Assembly (NCBI GenBank): GCA_041586955.1 | Contig: JBFGZE010000054.1 | Coordinates: 1 to 22,435, forward strand | DNA from: Bacteriovoracaceae bacterium | Lineage (GTDB): Bacteria; Bdellovibrionota; Bacteriovoracia; Bacteriovoracales; Bacteriovoracaceae | DNA: 22,435 bases | Direction of reading: 5' to 3' | Part shown: positions 17,328-22,435 of the stretch, one piece after another | Layout of the letters: every line of letters starts with the position of its first letter | Position numbering within the stretch: position 1 is the stretch's first letter | Program-made: the position numbers and the translations under genes | Notes under the pieces: model-generated | Told to the model about the DNA's origin: nothing | What the model saw: only the letters and a program-made list of their open reading frames with translations | Database searches by the model: none

Positions 17328-18074
17328 ATGATTAAGACGGCAATTACCAGTTTAGTGCTCATTAGCGGCCTATCTCAACTTCACGCTGGTTATGAAAAAA
17401 GTATCTGTGGTCAAGATGACCGCGTCCCTTCTCGCAATCTGAAAGTTGCAAGAGCTTTAGAAAATAGACAAGGAACTGGTGGCTGTACAATCACAATGAT
17501 TAGTAAAAGTTGTGCTATTTCTGCAGGCCATTGCATGAGCGTTCTCGGCGTCGCAGAGTTTAATACTCCCCCGTCTAAAAATGGTCGTATTCAACATCCT
17601 ATTCCTGAAGATATTTACGACATCGACAAAGCAACTATCACTCATAAATACGAAGGTATCGGTCAAGACTGGGCGGTTTTCAAAGTGAAGGCCAATACTA
17701 TTACTGGTCAATTCCCTGGTGATGTTCAAGGCTTTTATAACGTCAATTTTGATGGACCTACTGCTGGAGACACTGTGCGGATAACAGGATATGGCCTTGA
17801 TCGCAAAGATCCTGAAAGAAATTTAGCGCAACAAACTCATACGGGAGATATCACTCAAATAAGCCGAGGGACTTCTTTTCAGTATAATGCCGATACTATG
17901 GGTGGAAATTCTGGCTCATCTGTCATTCTTGAGGCCACAAATGAAATTGTTGGTATTCACACTAACGGTGGCTGTAGTTCTTGGAATGGCTCTGGTGCCA
18001 ATAGTGGCACGTTAATCGCCACCTCAACCGAATTAACTGCTGCTATTAAATCGTGCTTGGCCTCTGACCTCTAA
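17328..18074 (+). CDS. Secreted trypsin-like (S1) serine protease
   Basis: Signal peptide; catalytic triad in SAGHC, QDWAVF and GGNSGS; GYG and VGIH motifs; AGGAGG RBS. Confidence 0.92.
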   Translation: MIKTAITSLVLISGLSQLHAGYEKSICGQDDRVPSRNLKVARALENRQGTGGCTITMISKSCAISAGHCMSVLGVAEFNTPPSKNGRIQHPIPEDIYDIDKATITHKYEGIGQDWAVFKVKANTITGQFPGDVQGFYNVNFDGPTAGDTVRITGYGLDRKDPERNLAQQTHTGDITQISRGTSFQYNADTMGGNSGSSVILEATNEIVGIHTNGGCSSWNGSGANSGTLIATSTELTAAIKSCLASDL

Positions 18075-18102
18075 TGAAATTTAAATTTAAATTTATTTTT
18101 AT

Positions 18103-18130
18103 AAAAGGCCTCCAGTTTGGAGGCCTTTTT
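18103..18130. terminator. Bidirectional intrinsic terminator
   Basis: AAAAGGCCTCCA-gtt-TGGAGGCCTTTTT between the convergent protease and VOC genes. Confidence 0.88.
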
Positions 18131-18207
18131 ATTTAAACTTTCGCGGTCATTCATCACCCAAATGGTATTTGGCCAATGTTATAAGGCCTTATAGGAAGTC
18201 TTAAAAA

Positions 18208-18600
18208 TTAGAGCCCCTTAAGATCTTGGCCATAAGTGTACTCCCATATGTGACCGCTAGGATCGCGAATTTGGATAAAGCTTCCAACGTCGGCCCCTAG
18301 ATCTGTTACTCCATAAACCAGGATCCCCGCCTCCTCGGCCTCTTCCGCTAAAGCATTGAGATGCTCGCGACTATCCACCTGGAATCCAAAATGATCCTTA
18401 CGCGAAATGTTTCCCTCATAGATGACAAAAACAAAATCGGGTATCCCCAATTTATGCTGCTCTGGCGTCGTCAACCATACGGTGTCGCCTTTCGGCCTAC
18501 GGTCCAATTGCACTTCCAAATGTAACCATTTGCGATAAAACTCTAAACTTTCTTCGATATCGAGAACCGGGAAATTGATATGAGTAAAGCGCAACTCCAT
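18208..18600 (-). CDS. VOC (glyoxalase/bleomycin resistance) family protein
   Basis: FTHINFPV.DIEESLEFY, DHFGFQV, IRDPSGHIWE. Start moved to ATG 18600, after AAGGA. Confidence 0.88.
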   Translation of the reverse strand: MELRFTHINFPVLDIEESLEFYRKWLHLEVQLDRRPKGDTVWLTTPEQHKLGIPDFVFVIYEGNISRKDHFGFQVDSREHLNALAEEAEEAGILVYGVTDLGADVGSFIQIRDPSGHIWEYTYGQDLKGL

Positions 18601-18849
18601 AAGGCCATCCTTTTTGCAAGGGACCATACCATAAATTCATTTGAGTCTTTTAATATTTTCTACTGAGCGAAGTGTTGGCCCCAAGGTTTGGCCTGGGTTG
18701 TTATTTTTACAAATATTTTAAGGATATAAACTTGTAGAGAGCTAAATAGGCAAAGATTAATTTTCTATATGATTTAGTTTAATACCCATTATTGACAATG
18801 GGCCTAAATTTTAAGACGTTAGAAAAAAATTAACATAAGGCCTAAAACG

Positions 18850-19419
18850 ATGAATCTTATTCTCGCCTCCACTTCAATTTTCCGCCAACAATTATTAGAA
18901 CAACTTAATATTCCCTTTATCGCAATGGCGCCGGAAGTTAACGAAGAAGCATTTCACTCCCAAAACCTTTTACCTGACCAATTGGCCCTAAAGTTATCAC
19001 AAGAAAAGGCCTTAGCGGTGCAAAGAAAACGCCCAAATGCTATTATCATCGGCTCAGATCAAGTGGCCGCCCTAGAGTCTCATATTTTGGGAAAACCGAT
19101 AACCATTGACAGGGCCATCGAACAATTATCTTTGATGGCAGGCAAAACTCATACGCTCTTAACTGCTGTGACTGTGCTGACGCCAGAAAAGGAGTATCAA
19201 TTTCTCAATACCACAAAACTCACCATGAAAAGCTTAAGTGAAAAACAAATTAGTGATTATGTGAATAAAGAAAAACCGTTAAAATGTGCAGGTAGCTACA
19301 AGATTGAATCACTTGGCATCCGCCTTTTTGAAAAAGTCGACACTAGTGATTTTAATGCCATCATCGGCCTCCCCCTGATCGAATTGGGTCAAGTTCTCGA
19401 CAATTATTTCCCCCTCTAA
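18850..19419 (+). CDS. maf: Maf family nucleotide pyrophosphatase, YceF-like (m7GTP) subfamily
   Basis: LILASTS.FR..LL, KA, GSDQV, GKP, CAGSYKIE, IIGLP. The aromatic/Q/E residues match the YceF subtype. Confidence 0.9.
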   Translation: MNLILASTSIFRQQLLEQLNIPFIAMAPEVNEEAFHSQNLLPDQLALKLSQEKALAVQRKRPNAIIIGSDQVAALESHILGKPITIDRAIEQLSLMAGKTHTLLTAVTVLTPEKEYQFLNTTKLTMKSLSEKQISDYVNKEKPLKCAGSYKIESLGIRLFEKVDTSDFNAIIGLPLIELGQVLDNYFPL

Positions 19420-19489
19420 GGTTTTTGCAGAAACAAATTATTTCTCACTCCTATTTCTAGGTTTGGGTGGAGAATAGGAAGTCCGAACT

Positions 19490-19533
19490 ATAAAAATAAA
19501 TGATGAGGCCCCAAGTAAAGCTTGAGACCTCAT
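19490..19533 (-). terminator. Intrinsic terminator after dksA
   Basis: Minus strand ATGAGGTCTCAAG-cttta-CTTGGGGCCTCAT (13 bp with two G-U pairs, which form only on this strand), then CATTTATTTTTA. Confidence 0.75.
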
Positions 19534-19557
19534 AAGTCTATCACGAGGTTGATTGAA

Positions 19558-20031
19558 TTATTGGTGATCATTAAGCTGAATGACTCTGCCTTCAGTGGGG
19601 TTAAAGTGATCACTTTTTCTCAAAGGAATAACTTTGGCAAAGTTGATCTCCTTACCTATCGTTTGAGAGCGATTTTCATAAAGAATATGCCCCTCTTTAT
19701 TTTCTTGTTCTTCTTTGCAGTTGATACAAAGATCCGCCGTTGGCCGCGCGTAAAGTCTCTGCAGGTCAATATCATCGTCACATTCTAAACAAAGCCCAAA
19801 GCTACCATTTTCAATACGTTCAAGAGAGCGGTCAACCTTAATAATAAACTTTTTTTCCCGCGACTTGATCTTGAGAATTAATTCTCGATTTTTATTGTCC
19901 CAGGCCCGGTCGGCGTCATCACCAGAGGCGGCCTTCAGCGCATGAACTTCTTCCCAATTGCTCTCCCAATCATAATTTTTTTTCATGTCGAGAAATAATT
20001 CCTTAAAATGGTGAATGTGTTCTTGATCCAT
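19558..20031 (-). CDS. dksA: DksA/TraR C4 zinc-finger family RNA polymerase-binding protein
   Basis: Coiled-coil tip GDDADRA (DxxDxA), SLERIENGSFGLCLEC...RL.ARP.A.LCINCKE; ~40-aa C-terminal extension. Confidence 0.88.
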   Translation of the reverse strand: MDQEHIHHFKELFLDMKKNYDWESNWEEVHALKAASGDDADRAWDNKNRELILKIKSREKKFIIKVDRSLERIENGSFGLCLECDDDIDLQRLYARPTADLCINCKEEQENKEGHILYENRSQTIGKEINFAKVIPLRKSDHFNPTEGRVIQLNDHQ

Positions 20032-20033
20032 AA

Positions 20034-20092
20034 TGACCTCCTGATCATCGGCCTTCCTGGCCTTTGTCTTGTTTTGGCCCCTTCCTAGGACG
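20034..20092 (-). promoter_or_regulatory. Leader with three AGGA-loop hairpins (candidate CsrA/RsmA sites)
   Basis: Minus strand TCCT-AGGA-AGGG, GGCC-AGGAA-GGCC and TGATC-AGGA-GGTCA; the third contains the SD (AGGAGG). Confidence 0.65.
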
Positions 20093-20109
20093 CTCTTGTC
20101 TAATTAATA

Positions 20110-20125
20110 AGCATATTTAATGCCA
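20110..20125 (-). promoter_or_regulatory. Putative sigma54 (-24/-12) promoter of dksA
   Basis: Minus strand TGGCATTAAATATGCT: GG-N10-GC with TGGCA and TGCT flanks. Confidence 0.72.
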
Positions 20126-20364
20126 AAACTTTAAACACCCACTTTCCGTGACTTGACCAAAATCGAGGACAAAATGAAACCATCAAAATCCCTAATAGCG
20201 ACTATTAGGGCCCAAAAAGGCCCTAAAAATTGGCACTTGGCCCTCAATAAAAATTCTCTAAGTGCTTAATTTATGTGTAGATTCGGCGCATTCAACGACA
20301 AGCCGTACAATAGCACTCAAGTAAGAGATAAATTAAACCGAAATTGTTTTCGGAGAAAAAGACA

Positions 20365-21846
<1,482 letters not shown>

Positions 21847-22020
21847 CGCAATAAGAGTATCGCGGGAAAATAAGTAATCCTAATTGCGATAATCTTTCCG
21901 GCCCTAATTTAAGTTGAAACAACTGGCCCAAAAATTAGTCGATTTTTCATTTCAGGTCCTTTCTATCCGTTTTTCAAAATGAACATAACCCCTTAAAACC
22001 ATTGATAACTAGAGTTCACT

Positions 22021-22047
22021 CAAACTTTTGGCCCAATAATCCGATAA
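22021..22047 (+). promoter_or_regulatory. Putative sigma28 (FliA) promoter
   Basis: CAAA-N15-TCCGATAA with canonical spacing, 35 nt upstream of ATG 22083. Confidence 0.68.
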
Positions 22048-22082
22048 AATTACTATAGTGCGTATAAGCAACGGGAATTAAA

Positions 22083-22435
22083 ATGAAAATGCTAAAATTG
22101 ATATTATTTGGCAGCTTATTATTTACAACCAGTATTTATGCTGATGAAAAGATCAGCTATTCTGGACGGATCGTGAATCCTTCAGATGGCGCACCTCTTA
22201 CAGGTCCCGTTAATCTTCAATTTGACATTTATATTAATGCCACTCAATACTGCTCTCTGACTAAAAACACCGTACCACTTTCAAATGGCGTGTTTAATTT
22301 AGAATTAGATTACGCTACTACTTGCTCAGGACCTGGGGTCACTGTCGGTAATATTTCCGAAGCACTCAGTTATGCTCATGCCAATAATTATATCGTTTAT
22401 TTAAGAATGACTGAAGACCCCTCTGGAACCCCAAA
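22083..22435 (+). CDS. Secreted protein, N-terminal part; resembles N-terminal domain of Bdellovibrionota tail-fibre-like adhesins (runs off window end)
   Basis: Manual translation, no stop: MKMLKLILFGSLLFTTSIYADEKISYSGRIVNPSDGAPLTGPVNLQFDIYINATQYCSLTKNTVPLSNGVFNLELDYATTCSG... Signal peptide followed by 'YxGRI...dG.Pl...v...F.I......C.......l.nGvF.l.l'. Confidence 0.75.
   Translation, partial: MKMLKLILFGSLLFTTSIYADEKISYSGRIVNPSDGAPLTGPVNLQFDIYINATQYCSLTKNTVPLSNGVFNLELDYATTCSGPGVTVGNISEALSYAHANNYIVYLRMTEDPSGTP

Noticed and set aside
18078..18095. (AAATTT)3 tandem repeat
   Set aside because: Low-complexity AT sequence beside a terminator with no sign of function.
18785..18820. TTGACA inside a CCCATT/AATGGG inverted repeat before maf
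   Set aside because: No convincing -10 at 16-18 nt, and 6-bp arms can arise by chance.
20230..20248. TTGGCAC as a sigma54 -24 element for the 20365 gene
   Set aside because: No GC at the -12 position (GG-N10-TC).

Overview
Chromosomal, AT-rich (roughly 40% GC) bacterial window that uses the standard genetic code. Gene content points to a predatory Bdellovibrionota, probably Bacteriovorax/Halobacteriovorax-like; this is inferred from FliL, a Cys-rich lipoprotein, a secreted trypsin-like protease and a fibre-like protein N-terminus. Housekeeping genes are an M16 peptidase pair, ald, mce, a short asparaginase, htpG, korAB, maf and dksA. Signalling genes are an orphan PAS histidine kinase and a single-domain response regulator. 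Several surface or secreted proteins are uncharacterised. Three genes are missing from the ORF track: a partial M16 partner (3-191), a 56-aa small protein (3543-3713) and a partial fibre-like protein (22083-end). I found no mobile element, CRISPR array, tRNA or rRNA. The strongest non-obvious signals are: (1) a sigma54-type promoter for dksA followed by three AGGA-loop hairpins (CsrA-like sites), with palindromes at enhancer distance; (2) sigma28-type promoters before two large surface proteins; (3) a rhomboid lacking its catalytic His; (4) strong over-representation of GGCC. I cannot show a wholly new system from sequence alone, so these are leads.
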